Source: Massalongia carnosa (Eukaryota). Taken from it: DNA of 64,000 nucleotides. The stretch lies in NCBI GenBank assembly GCA_965645245.1, contig OZ287072.1:558001-622000 (forward strand). Direction: 5' to 3'. Of the stretch, positions 1-11,269 are shown piece after piece. The first letter of the stretch is position 1; the number at the start of each line of letters is the position of its first letter. The notes under the pieces are model-generated. The model ran no database searches. It was given only the letters and a program-made list of their open reading frames with translations, and was not told the DNA's origin. Made by a program: the position numbers and the translations under genes.

Positions 1-328
1 GAGCCCCAGAGGCAATCCATTACTGAAGAAGCGCTTGGCTATCAGATCAACGTGGTGCCAGATCATGGAGATAATGAGCTTTCCACCCATTAATGTTAAC
101 CAGGTTCTTTAGGCGAGAGCTTTGGTGAAACTTGAGAGTACCTACCGGCAGAAAAGCAAGGCCATGCAGCAACTTCACCTTGCAAATGGCAATTGCCAGA
201 GTATTGAAGAAAAGCCCCAAGGCCGCCGACCCGATAGCAACCATACGCAAATGATACCGGGGATGATTCTTCACGGACCGAAGACACTCCTTCTTTGCCA
301 AGCGGAAAACGAAATTCGACTGAGCCAT
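1..328 (-). CDS. Hypothetical membrane protein, 5' part (runs off the window start)
   Basis: ATG at 328, 61 codons, then intron 79..145 (GTAGGT...GAAAG). The second exon LIISMIWHHVDLIAKRFFSNGLPLGL is open to base 1. Hydrophobic segments present. Confidence 0.55.
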
Positions 329-765
329 TCTTCTTTCTTTCGACTCCCAGGATGTTTGAGGCTGATGAATCTGATTATCTATGTTAAAAATTCAAAAACG
401 AAAAAGACAAAGCGATTATGGGAGCTGATTGGCAAGGAAAGATAAGGCACTACTCACGAGAATGCCAACGACAGGAGGGAGGTGAACAAGTATTAAATAG
501 GACACAACCACAGGCCGCAAAATCCGTGCTAGTTGTAACAAGAGGAAACTTCTCCATATAACTCCTCTTTGTAGTAAGCATAAAATCCTTCCAACAGGAT
601 TCCCAACACGCTCGCTTCGCTCCCATAGGGCAAGAGCGCGGCAGGAAGTCAGTGTGCTAGTTGCTGGGCAAACTTTTATCCTATTAGAGCGAAGGAATGG
701 GTGACGCGTCCTAGAGGCTCAACAGCGTTCAGTCGCATTTTGGTACAGTGTACGAGACTGTGCCA

Positions 766-2104
766 TCTCAGACCTGAGAATAATTTGCTACTACTTTTCA
801 TTTGCTTACTATTTGCCTTGCTATTTTTTCATGCAAATCTCAAAACATCTCGGATTTCTGCTCCGGACCTGCTCCGCTTCGCTTCGCAACGGCCCTGCGC
901 CATCTCCTTGCCACCCGTGAAGGCATCTGTCAAAGCATCTTTCAAATAGTCTCCCAGATAGCCTCCGCTGATTGTAATAAGGCCCCACATCTAGCTCCTA
1001 AATAGCCTACAAATAGTCTCTACCGCTTTTCAAATAGCCTCCCTTTTTTCCCTGAAAATTCCATCTCGACATTTTTTTATCTACTACCCAGAACACCGTT
1101 TATCTACCATCTAGACCACCTTTTGTCAATCATCCAAACCATCTTTTGATTACCGTCCTGACTACCTTTTGACCACTACCCTGATCACACTTTGATCGTC
1201 ACCCGTATTACTTTTTGTCCACCCTCCAGACTATCTTCTGTCCATCGTCCAGATCAACTGACAGATCATCGTCCAGACCACCTTTTAATCATCACCCAGA
1301 TCACCTTTTGTCCATCATTCAGACCCTCTTTGACCACTATTCATATCATCTTTTGTCCATCACTCATATCATCTATTGACCAACGTTTATATCATCTTTT
1401 GTCCACCTGCAAGACCACCTTTTGACCATCACTCAGACCACCTTTTGATCACTATTCAGATCCCCTTTTTTCCACCTCCCATATCATGTTTTGTCCACCT
1501 GTCAGATCATGTTTTGTCCATCGTCCATATCATCTTTTGTCCATCGTTCATATCATCTTTTGTTCATCGTCTTGACCAACTTCTGATCATCATCCAGACC
1601 ATCTTTTGTCCACCACTAATAACCTTTTTTTCACCTGTCAGGCCAACTTTTGTTCATCACCCAGATCACCTTTTGTCCATCGTCCAGACCACCTTTTGAC
1701 CACCTTTTGACCACCTTTTGACCACCTTTTGTCCATCATCTAGACCACCTTTTGTCCACCTGTCAGGCCACATTTTGTCCACCTGCCAGACCACCTTTTG
1801 TCCACCCCTCATATCACCTTTTGATCATCGTCCAGACCACCTGCCAGACCACCTGCCAGACCACCTTTTGTCCACCTGCCAGACCACCTTTTGTCCACCT
1901 GTCAGACCACCTTTTGTCCATCCCTCATATCAACTTTTAATCATAATCCAGACCACCAGCCAGACCACCTTTTATCTATCACCCAGACCACCTTTTTTCT
2001 ACCTGCCAGATCACCTTTTGTCCACCGCTAATATCACCTTTTAACATGAAAACCTCAAATAACGACCACATCTCACGGCCCACAACGGGCGTAAAAGAAC
2101 GTAG
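766..2104 (+). mobile_element. Possible non-autonomous Helitron-like element carrying the tandem array
   Basis: A|TC start with hairpin TCTCAG-AC-CTGAGA (766-779). GC-rich hairpin ACGGCCC-ACAAC-GGGC.GT (2075-2092), then 8 nt and GTAG|T (canonical is CTRR|T, so one mismatch). No TSD. Confidence 0.35.
1090..2042. repeat. Degenerate tandem array, ~23-bp unit (TTTT-GTCCACCTGCC-AGACCACC), about 40 copies
   Basis: Directly visible. Includes pure 11-mer runs (GACCACCTTTT, ~1688-1730) and 12-mer runs (AGACCACCTGCC, ~1834-1866). The overlapping ORFs are repeat translations. Confidence 0.95.
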
Positions 2105-3231
2105 TTTTCGCGATACGGATTGATATCCACAGGATCAGTTGATCTACCAACTTTGACGAAGTGAAACAGTCCAGTACGGTGGAGGCAAGAGGAGAGTTTT
2201 TGGTCCTATCCGCACGACGTCCTCTCCGCATTAAACGGTAATTCAGTAGCAAGAGCATTGGCTGTTCAATTCGTGGGTTTGAGATTTCCAGATTGATGCT
2301 TTCTCTTTTGGCTGCCTTTATCGTGATTTTTTCATATTAATGATATGTCAAGTCACTTACTCCTTCGTACCTATGTAGCTAGGAATTACTCTGTACAGGT
2401 AGTTAACAGTTCCTTTGTCATGTTGGAAAACGAGGCCTAACATTTAGCTGGTACAGGTGGAGGAAGGGTTACCTAAAGGAGGTTAGGTAGGTACTTGGTT
2501 GCTCCAAATTAGCAACGACACTTCAGAGCGAGCTTTTCATATCGACTCGTAAAGGAATAAGGGTGTCGTTTACATATTCGCTTCATAGCCTGTGGCCAAT
2601 CAAATTCTTGAAACACGTCGGTGGAACTGAAACGGAGACAAAAGCTAATGCAAACAACCGCCGCCCAGCTTTCATTCACTTCCTATACAACTCTATAGTA
2701 CGAGTACATTGTTTGCACATTGTTGATCATGAAACTTGTTGACGACCCGATCACCCTGAGTACTTTACAGTTAAGCCTATGTGTGATATACGATACAGTG
2801 CTTACCTCAGTCTTGCTTAGAATCGTCGCAGCTGCCGCTGTTCCTCTGGTTCCTTTTGCTTAGACGGTTTAGAGCGCTGGCCGCTAGGACGTTGATTCAC
2901 GCTTTCCAGGTTTCATTGTAATATCAATGGCAGAGAGCTTCCTTCATATTCATGAGTCTCCTTTGTTACCGCGTTGTGTTCGTACTTGACCAGCTACAAA
3001 GGCCTTTCTATTCTTTGCTTCATGGATTTCATATTCCCTTTGAACGGTCATTCTAGATTTCTCTGCGTCTTTCCTGTCTGTTCCTTTATTCACTAATTAA
3101 TCAAGACTTTCATTCAACATCCAACATAGCCTCTCCATGCCCTCTTCATAAACTATGATGTTCATAAGCTGAACGAAACTTTGCTCAGCCTTCCATCATA
3201 CATCTTAAATCCGCTTTCAACATCTCTCATT

Positions 3232-5208
3232 ATGCATCCAAATATTCTCATACTGCTGGCAGTAGTCCTTTCTGATCTCGTCACGGCTGGTCTGGTCCAT
3301 CGGCGCTCTTATCCACGGTATACTACCTCCGACTTTCAATCCTCAAGCATGTTAGCTAACCTAGAAATATCTAGGAATCTTATCCGATCATTTAATCAAT
3401 CCTCCATTCCTATCGCCCCAGTGGCGCAGCATCATGAATCGACAACCGAGGGCCTGTTATCTACACTATCAAAACTCCCAATGGAGGCGACTTCCGTACC
3501 CCTCGCACAAGTGGCCTCGGTGTCTCGCATTGCTCCTTCGGGACAGGTTGGCTCTGTCCTGGCTATTGGCAACGGCCCTGGGGCAGCATCGATAATATCC
3601 AGCACCGCTACCATAGCCCCAACGCAGCCTCTATTTATTGATCTGCCATCGTCGAAAACGCTAAAACCAACACTTTCAACGACATCTTCATCCTCAGCAG
3701 ATGGCGGTGCGTCTGTTATTGCTACAACCAAGCAGGTTGGTTCTGCGCCAGCTTTTGGCAGCGGATCGGGAGCGGCGTCAGAAGAAGTGGAGTCATTGAC
3801 TGCAAAGTCTTCGAGTTCATTTTCAAGGCGTTTCCCAGGCGTTAGTGGTGAAAGCGTCAACCCCACAGGTACAAAGGCATCTGCAGTGCCGACAAGAGCT
3901 TCTCTACCATCGACCTTGATCCAGCCCTCGGATTTATCAGTTACCGTTACGTCGTCGTCGACCCAGCAAAAAGCTTCGGTGCTACCCTCAACCAAAAATA
4001 CTACAAACTCCACAGTTCCATCCTCGATTGAGTTTCGCAGCACAAGCTCTGTGGAGCTGCTACCAAGCCAAGCTCCCAATTCTCCAGATGCGTCTTCGAC
4101 AAAATCTTCTGCATCAATCACGAGCTCTTCAGGAGTCTCATCCTCGAATCAGGCATTCATTGCTACAATTACCAGTGTTCCAGCATCACAAGGGAACGTT
4201 GCATTGGCAATCCAATATAATCAGTTCTTCTCTGCTATGAGCCCCAATTCAGCTTGTGATGGTAACGACAACTCCAGAGCTTCAGCGTGTATCAATCAAC
4301 AAATCGCAAAATGTGGCAGCAACGGAAGATACATTCTCACTGCTTGTCCTGAAGGTCAACAGTGCCGCGCTCTTCCGTTGGATGCTGATAAAAACGGGAT
4401 ATCTATTCAGTGCATTCGGCCAAGTGACGCAGACACAAGGCTTAGCCCAGGGAACTCTGCGGGCTCTGCTATCGCGCCTGGTCCTACTCCGACTGTGAAA
4501 TCGATCACACCTCCCTCATCCGTTCAGGAAGCATCTTCTACTATTTTCTCGAAGAAAGGCTTAACAACATCCATCAAGACCTCGGGGCCATCATCAAAGA
4601 CTCGGGCTACCTCATCAGTCTCTATACCGAAGGAGGCACAGTCGGCATCTTTGGTTGAATCGGCGAATACCACACCTCAGCCCAACTTCTCTACAGCTTC
4701 AACTATTCTAACAGTTGCTGCACCAAGTACAACTCAGACTAACAGTGTCCCTTCTGACCTGACAACTGTTTCTGGAACAGCTACCACCTCATCGGATTCT
4801 AGCCCGCTCAGCTCAGCTCCAACCTCGGGTTCTAGCTCGCTTAGCTTAACCCTAAGTAGTCTTTCCACGTCATCTCTTATCTCATCCGCGACCTCTCCAC
4901 AAGCGACCGAAAACCCTTCGCTAATTTCGGAAGCATCTACAACATCTTCAGTACAGACTCCCTTAGCTATACCTACAGATTCGTCCCAAATAGCCACCGA
5001 TCAGCCTACACAGATCATAATTGTTCCTTTAACACGCAGCTCAGCTGAAATTGGCTCGTTAACAACGACTCCCATCGCTATACCGACCATCGTCATGGCA
5101 GTCATCGATTCAGCGATTACGACAAAACCCACTACACGTCCCCAGATTGTTACCGTAACGGACACAGAGACCGTCACGGTGACGGCAACGGTTCATGACA
5201 GGAGATAA
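3232..5208 (+). CDS. Secreted Ser/Thr-rich (mucin-like) protein with a central Cys-rich CBM19-like module
   Basis: Signal peptide MHPNILILLAVVLSDLVTAG. Six-Cys module SACDGN..ACINQQIAKC..ILTACPEGQQCRALPL..ISIQC (~4200-4415) resembles fungal CBM19 proteins. Intronless. Confidence 0.8.
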   Translation: MHPNILILLAVVLSDLVTAGLVHRRSYPRYTTSDFQSSSMLANLEISRNLIRSFNQSSIPIAPVAQHHESTTEGLLSTLSKLPMEATSVPLAQVASVSRIAPSGQVGSVLAIGNGPGAASIISSTATIAPTQPLFIDLPSSKTLKPTLSTTSSSSADGGASVIATTKQVGSAPAFGSGSGAASEEVESLTAKSSSSFSRRFPGVSGESVNPTGTKASAVPTRASLPSTLIQPSDLSVTVTSSSTQQKASVLPSTKNTTNSTVPSSIEFRSTSSVELLPSQAPNSPDASSTKSSASITSSSGVSSSNQAFIATITSVPASQGNVALAIQYNQFFSAMSPNSACDGNDNSRASACINQQIAKCGSNGRYILTACPEGQQCRALPLDADKNGISIQCIRPSDADTRLSPGNSAGSAIAPGPTPTVKSITPPSSVQEASSTIFSKKGLTTSIKTSGPSSKTRATSSVSIPKEAQSASLVESANTTPQPNFSTASTILTVAAPSTTQTNSVPSDLTTVSGTATTSSDSSPLSSAPTSGSSSLSLTLSSLSTSSLISSATSPQATENPSLISEASTTSSVQTPLAIPTDSSQIATDQPTQIIIVPLTRSSAEIGSLTTTPIAIPTIVMAVIDSAITTKPTTRPQIVTVTDTETVTVTATVHDRR

Positions 5209-5999
5209 GAGTCTTCATCTACTCGGAGTTTAGTTTTGCATAAGCATTTAGCGTGGAGTTCGGGAGCCAATTCTATGCAACGACTGTGCATTAGAAACCC
5301 TTATTTATTTAGATCTCTTTGATGGTGCTACGACTTCATGAAATTAGTCTGGAGTACAATAGGTCAATCAGTCTCTCCTCTTATCCCTATATAAGTAGTG
5401 CCAAACATTCACCCATTATCTTCGCTTGAGTTTTTGACCTTCCCCATCAAGTCAAATACTCCGACCAAAAACAAAGAAGGCAAATCTTCATCTTCATGCA
5501 TCTTTGCTGATCAGGAACCGCTCCGTGAAGAATCTTGGAGATCGTAAAGCGGAGCTGGAGCGCTTCGAGAATCGGCAAGAGGCAGTTAGCCAACGATAGA
5601 CTCGGCCTCAGCACGTTTCATCGTCATCCTTCCCCATTAGGTCGGAAAGCCTTGAATTACCCACCATGAACCTCCATCCTACTTTGGTGTCACCAATTAT
5701 AGTTGCGAAAGCTTTCAGATTTGCTGGACAAGAGGGTATGAGATTATGATAACTAACTTATCCACGTGTGTCCATCCTCCTATCTCAGATCAACTCGTGC
5801 CATCCCGGGGGTCTGCGATCCGCCTGCTCTCCCTTCCACTATCTAGATGGGGAATGAGAAAAATCGCCTTCTAGAGGGGCAGCTATGCAAGTACAAGTAT
5901 GTATCTCTATTAGAGTCCGCAGCTGCTCAGCTGGTTTTATGAACTCAAAAATAACGTTGTCAGGATCTTTGGAAATTTTCTTGATATACCTAAATTTCT

Positions 6000-7013
6000 A
6001 TGATGCCTCCCTTCACAGTTCTGGCACTGACGTTCATTGCCTGCATTCCTCTAGTGGCAGCATGGGGAGCAGTCGGCCATGCAACCGTTGCGACTATCGC
6101 GCAGAATTATCTGACGCCAGTAGGCCAGGCGTTTGTGTCGAACATACTTGGTACCGGCGTGTCAATGGCTTCAGTTGCAAGTTGGGCGGACACGTATCGA
6201 TCAACTGCTGCGGGGAGATTTAGTGCAGGCTTTCAGTAAGAACGTTTCAATAGCAGGTCGCATCTGACAGTTACTGAGGTTAAACCACAGCTATATCGAT
6301 GCTGAAGATTCGCCGCCTACTTCGTGCAGTGTCTCCTTGCCACGAGATTGCGGGGACACTTGCATCGTCACAGCAATTGCCAACTACGTGAGTCCCCTTC
6401 AGCGTCATCCAACCGGTGCAAGATCTGATTGTCTGTATAGACTCAACGGGTTCAAGATGGCCGCGAGACGCTTGCGGATCACCGAGAAGACCTTCAATTC
6501 TTGATTCACTTTTTTGGTGATATCACACAGGTAGGAGACCCATTTTTTGATCACGCTTTTTAAATCAACGTCAATACTTATGGGTTCTAGCCTCTCCACG
6601 ACGAAGCAGAAAAAGTAGGCGGAAACCAAATCCCCGTTTTATGGCAAAACACAAACACCAATCTCCACGCCGCGTGGGACACACAAATGGTCGAACATGC
6701 AGCTGGTGGATCAACCCCAGCTGCCTACGAACTCTGGGCACAAACCCTGGAAGCGCGCATTGATTCCGGAATCTATAGCTCGCAAAAGGCTGACTGGGTC
6801 TCATGTGCGAATATCTACGCAGCTAGCGCTTGCGCATTGGCATGGGCTCAAGATGCCAACGCGATCAACTGTCAATATGTCTTGCAGGTTGATGAGACGG
6901 GGCAGGAGTTGAGCGGGAGCTATTACACTGGTGCGCTGCCATATATTGAGATCCAGATTGCCAAAGGAGGTTACAGGCTAGCTGCTTGGATTAATGCTCT
7001 TGCGACGGCGTAG
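6000..7013 (+). CDS. Secreted S1/P1 nuclease
   Basis: Signal peptide, then WGAVGH, WAD, FHYIDAED, FLIHFFGDITQPLH and NLHAAWD. Introns 6236-6290, 6388-6440 and 6531-6590 join in frame. Confidence 0.95.
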
Positions 7014-7580
7014 CAGTTTGGCATGATATGATGCTTTTGAAGGGTCTCTTGAACATAGGAAACGGGATTTGATTACTTCTCTTACTAATATCGATATAAA
7101 GTGAGTTGGCAAGTTTACCAGTACAAATGGATTTATGTAGTAAACTAGACTCTGAGCTGTATTCTTTTGCGTCAATCATTACCATATGATATGAGTTCCA
7201 AAAGGGATATCCTACGATTAGATCCTTTGAATATATGCTCTGCCCTGAACTTTCCCGTGACCGGCGACCTTTCCGCATAAGTTAGGCACGACATCTTGGC
7301 ACTTAACTTATTGCGCGGTACTATTCCGCTGACAATAGTTAGTATTGTCGAAGCGCAAACCAAGTCAGTGTCAATAGACTAAAGTAGGAAGATCTTCAAA
7401 GACATATGTTCGACGCAGACAATCACTTCTTCCCCGTGATGCTCATGATGGAATCTGCTATCGTCCAAGCTTTAACTTAGCCGCCACCCTTCACAGATAC
7501 TCCTCCCCTCCAGCTCTTCATTCTCAATCCCTAAGGAAGCCGCATTTTCGTTCGAAAACTCGAGTCTCAAATTCGGGACA

Positions 7581-9903
7581 ATGTCTTATCAAAGTACCAC
7601 CATGCTTCCCAACGTCAACCCCCATAGCGTTTGTGCTGGCCCTTCATTTCCACAACAATACATACCACCACAGGGATACATACCTGTTACACAAGCCGAG
7701 TATAACGTGCCAAGCCATATAACCGATAATGATCTATCGGAGCCCTTGGAACATGCAAGAAGCGGATCACAGGGACCAGCGGCAGAGGCTAAAGGCCGAC
7801 TTCGAAAGGCGTGTGATTCGTGTTCCATACGGAAAGTGAAGGTTTGCCATTCCATGCAGATCCCTGGCTGAAGAAGAAATAGGATCTTGCTGCTAACATC
7901 GACCATATACTTAGTGCGATGAAGCTGGACCACCTTGTCGAGCATGCGCAGGCTTGGATATCCCATGTACGTTTGATCGGCCTAGTCGACGTCGAGGACC
8001 TCCCAATCGCCATGCTGAAGCCATCAAGAAACGTCGATTTGATTCACCGGGAACGTCTATTCCATCAGCGCCTAGTTCTCCGACGCACGCTGCGCAGACG
8101 CTCGCTTCGTTCGCTCAGCAGCAGGTTCTTTCTGCTGAGGCCATCCTCCCATTTCCAATATTGCAGCTACTCCTAGATGACTACTTCACCTATATCCACC
8201 CTCTCACGCCGGTACCTCACGAGCCCTCGTTTCGAGCTGCGCTGGAAAGAAGGGAGGATCTCAGCAATCCTACTTTTCTTGCCCTGTTAGCTTCGATGGT
8301 AGGATGCCTGGTAGCTTCATTCCCGCGACGGGCACAGTTACACCTCCAAGCGCAGAACATGGAAAACATCTCGTCAAATTCCATTGGCCTAATTGATCGA
8401 TGTCATAAGGTTGCAATCGAAGCAATGGGGCCGGCTTATTTAGATAAGAACTTTACCGTCCACGACGCTGTGATCAGCTACCTACAGGGGCTGATTGGAG
8501 CGTACACCTTTAACTGGCAGGCCTGTAGAGTCTACTTTGGACAGTGCCTGAACATATCAAGAACCATTGGGCTACACAAAGCGAAAGGTTCGGTTCATAC
8601 AAATGTTGTACGCATCAAGTCGGATATGAATCCTATTGGCAATCATGAAGGGCTTCCGGAACAAGGAATTGACTTAATTCTACAAGAGCTTGGCCGAAGA
8701 ACCTTTTGGATCATATTTATAGCTATCAAATCACTTCACCAATTAGGTGTCTCCTGTGCAGAAGTATGCATGCCTCCAGCCACTCCAGCAGAACCTTATC
8801 CTCCCTTACCATTGGAGGTGGATGATGAATATATATTTTCAACGCACGTCCTCCCTCAACCAGAAGATCGGTTATCAGGTATTGCCGGGTTCAACGCAAA
8901 GCTCAAAATCCTTTCAACTTATAATAGTTTGAGCACAGCAGAGCTAGTGTACGGAGTTGACCAAGTCTTCGACTGGGATCGACAAAAACGAATAGTGGAG
9001 CAATCCCTTCAGGCTCTTAAGGAGGCCTTGGAGAACACCCCTTCTACTATGAGGCTCGATCCCAAGTCTCGCTTTCGTGGCCTTCATGAACAGCAATCTT
9101 CTTCTCATAAGCAGGCATATGCAGAAAAACGAGTAGTTAGAGAGTACGGGAATCGATACGGTGAGGAACAATTTTCCGACCGAACGCGAATTCAATCTGA
9201 GCTACAAAAACTTGATATTTACGCCACCCAGGTTGGGACGCGGTCATATCTCGTCGAAAAATACTGGAATCTCTTTGACGCGCAAACTCGTTCAGGATCT
9301 GGAGATCATACAATAGTAAACTCGCCGGGGATTTTAGCTGTAGGCCTTGATCATATGATACCTGGTAATCGCAATAGCCAACTCGATCTTTTGCAGCAGC
9401 ACGTAGCCAACGAAAGGGAAGACATTATGAGAGATCTCTTAAACCTGATGGGTATGATCAGACCATTCGACATCGAGCTAGTTGGTACAATCTTTGTGAG
9501 CATTTCCCTCTCATGTTTATGCGAGCCCCATAGCTGCCCTCTTCTCGCCATCATTCTCTCCCCCCTACTTCCTCGATATTCCCCCAAAACTAATCCCCAT
9601 CCCTTCCTTCCTACCCAGATTAACAAACTCCGCCAAATATCCACCCCCCTCCTCGCCGCCCCTCCTTCGCGTAAAGGTCCCTTCGCCCAGCGCGCCGAGG
9701 ACGCCTTATCCGCCTATTTGGCCGTATTCACCAAGCTAGAGCGATTCGGGGCGGAAGGGGCCAGCGAGAATGGGAGTCGGGGCATGATGCAGGAGGATGA
9801 AGACGAGGAGGAGAGCGTGCTGAGAGGGATCTGGGATGAGATCAGGGGGGTGGAGGAGAGGTGGGGGGCCGGGGCCGGGGACGGAGGCGGGGGAGTGGGA
9901 TAG
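7581..9903 (+). CDS. Zn2Cys6 transcription factor with fungal TF (middle homology) domain
   Basis: ACDSCSIRKVK|CDEAGPPCRACAGLDIPC across intron 7842-7914. YFTYIHP and ELGRRTFW motifs. Second intron 9496-9618. Confidence 0.92.
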
Positions 9904-10303
9904 GTGGAGCTAACTGGAGTTTCGCTTATGGCATCGGGAATGTAGGAAGTTACGGTCGAGGGGATTTGGCACCCCGAGCTTGGGGGGAAAGGGGGCGTTC
10001 GGATGGGCGGTTGCGTAGCTTCACGAGCATTGAATGGGCCCACTCGAACCTTGACCATCTCTCTATTGTCATGACTATCCAAGTATCACATGTTTTTATT
10101 TTCCAGCTCGTTTGCTCTATAACCCGACTCGACTTCCCCGTTCATCGTTTCGTTTCCTGTCCATTTTCCGTTCCTGATGCGCGTTTTTATTTTTTGAAGT
10201 TTGGGAGGGGTGGAGTTTCGAATTCGATTCGTAAGATAATGTAGATAATAATATTCAAGGTCTACTTATGTATTTAATTTACGTATTTCTCTCTACGAAA
10301 AAT

Positions 10304-11269
10304 TGGGCCTCCAAATCGACACCAAATTGAAATGGGGAGCCCACATACGGAAAACACAGGAAAAGATGACGTCGCAGTCGCTGGCGCTCACAAAAATATC
10401 GACATCTACCTGGGGAGCTTCTTTCGCGAAGGCCCGGCAGGTTTACACCGCCGTCGTTCGCCCGGCAATGACTTATGGAAGCACCGTGTGGCACACACCC
10501 AGGGAAATCAAGAAAAACAAGGCCACGACGTCCAAACTCAGCGTCATGCAGAACAAATGCTTACGCACCGTGACAGGGGCGTTCAAGGCAACACCCGTCG
10601 AAGTTCTCGAAGCGGAAACGTTCATCGCCCCCATGGAGTTGCATCTGGACAATCTACAGATAAAATCAAGGTATCGTCTACGGGCCGCAGGGCAGGCGAA
10701 ACTGATTTCCAAAGCCTGCAACACAATAGCGAACAAGCTACCGGGTAAGGCAGGACGCAAAAGAACGCAACACCTCACCCCAGGAGAGTTGAAATACGAA
10801 TGGGCCAGCAAAATGTTGAAGAACGAGGCACCAGTCACAATGCCCCCATCGCCCCCGCCCTGGTCCACACCCGACCCGGCGCACCTCGAAAAATGCACCA
10901 CGACACGCCATACCATAGAGAAACATACAAAGGCCACCACAGAACGCATCAAGGAACGCTGGGACTCCAAATGGAACACGTACCAGAACCGCATTCCCCG
11001 CCCGACAGAGGCACAGTTGGGATCTCTCAGTAGGACGAGACTGAAGATTCACAACAACCTGATGAAAGCGGAAAGCGCGCTAACCACGCAAATCCGCACC
11101 GGAAAAATAGGCTTGGCAAACTTCCTGTTCAATCGTCGGGTACCGGGCGTTATGACCCCGGCCTGCTCGTGCGCAGACAGCCAAACACAAAAGGTTTTCC
11201 CTGTAAGAATCCGCATGGGCCGGCCTTCGGCCGGTGTCAGATCGGTACAAGAATCAATCATCATCATCA
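10304..11269 (+). mobile_element. 5'-truncated Tad1-like non-LTR retrotransposon (LINE)
   Basis: RT C-terminal motifs LGLQIDTKLKWGAHI, YTAVVRPAMTYG and QNKCLRTVTGAFKATP; LTTQIRTGKIGL; 3' hairpin CCGGCC-TTC-GGCCGG; AATC/(ATC)n tail. TSD TCTCTA(C/T)GAAAAAT at 10290-10303 and 11270-11283. Confidence 0.92.

Noticed and set aside
1090..2042. CRISPR-like array, or coding repeat ORFs (1192-2044)
   Set aside because: The variable parts are mutated copies of one unit rather than unique spacers. The 23-bp period is not a multiple of 3, there are no cas genes, and the context is eukaryotic.
3432..4121. 229-aa antisense ORF, and similar shadows such as 24600-25292 and 17910-18473
   Set aside because: They lie opposite well-supported genes of biased composition and show no independent motifs.
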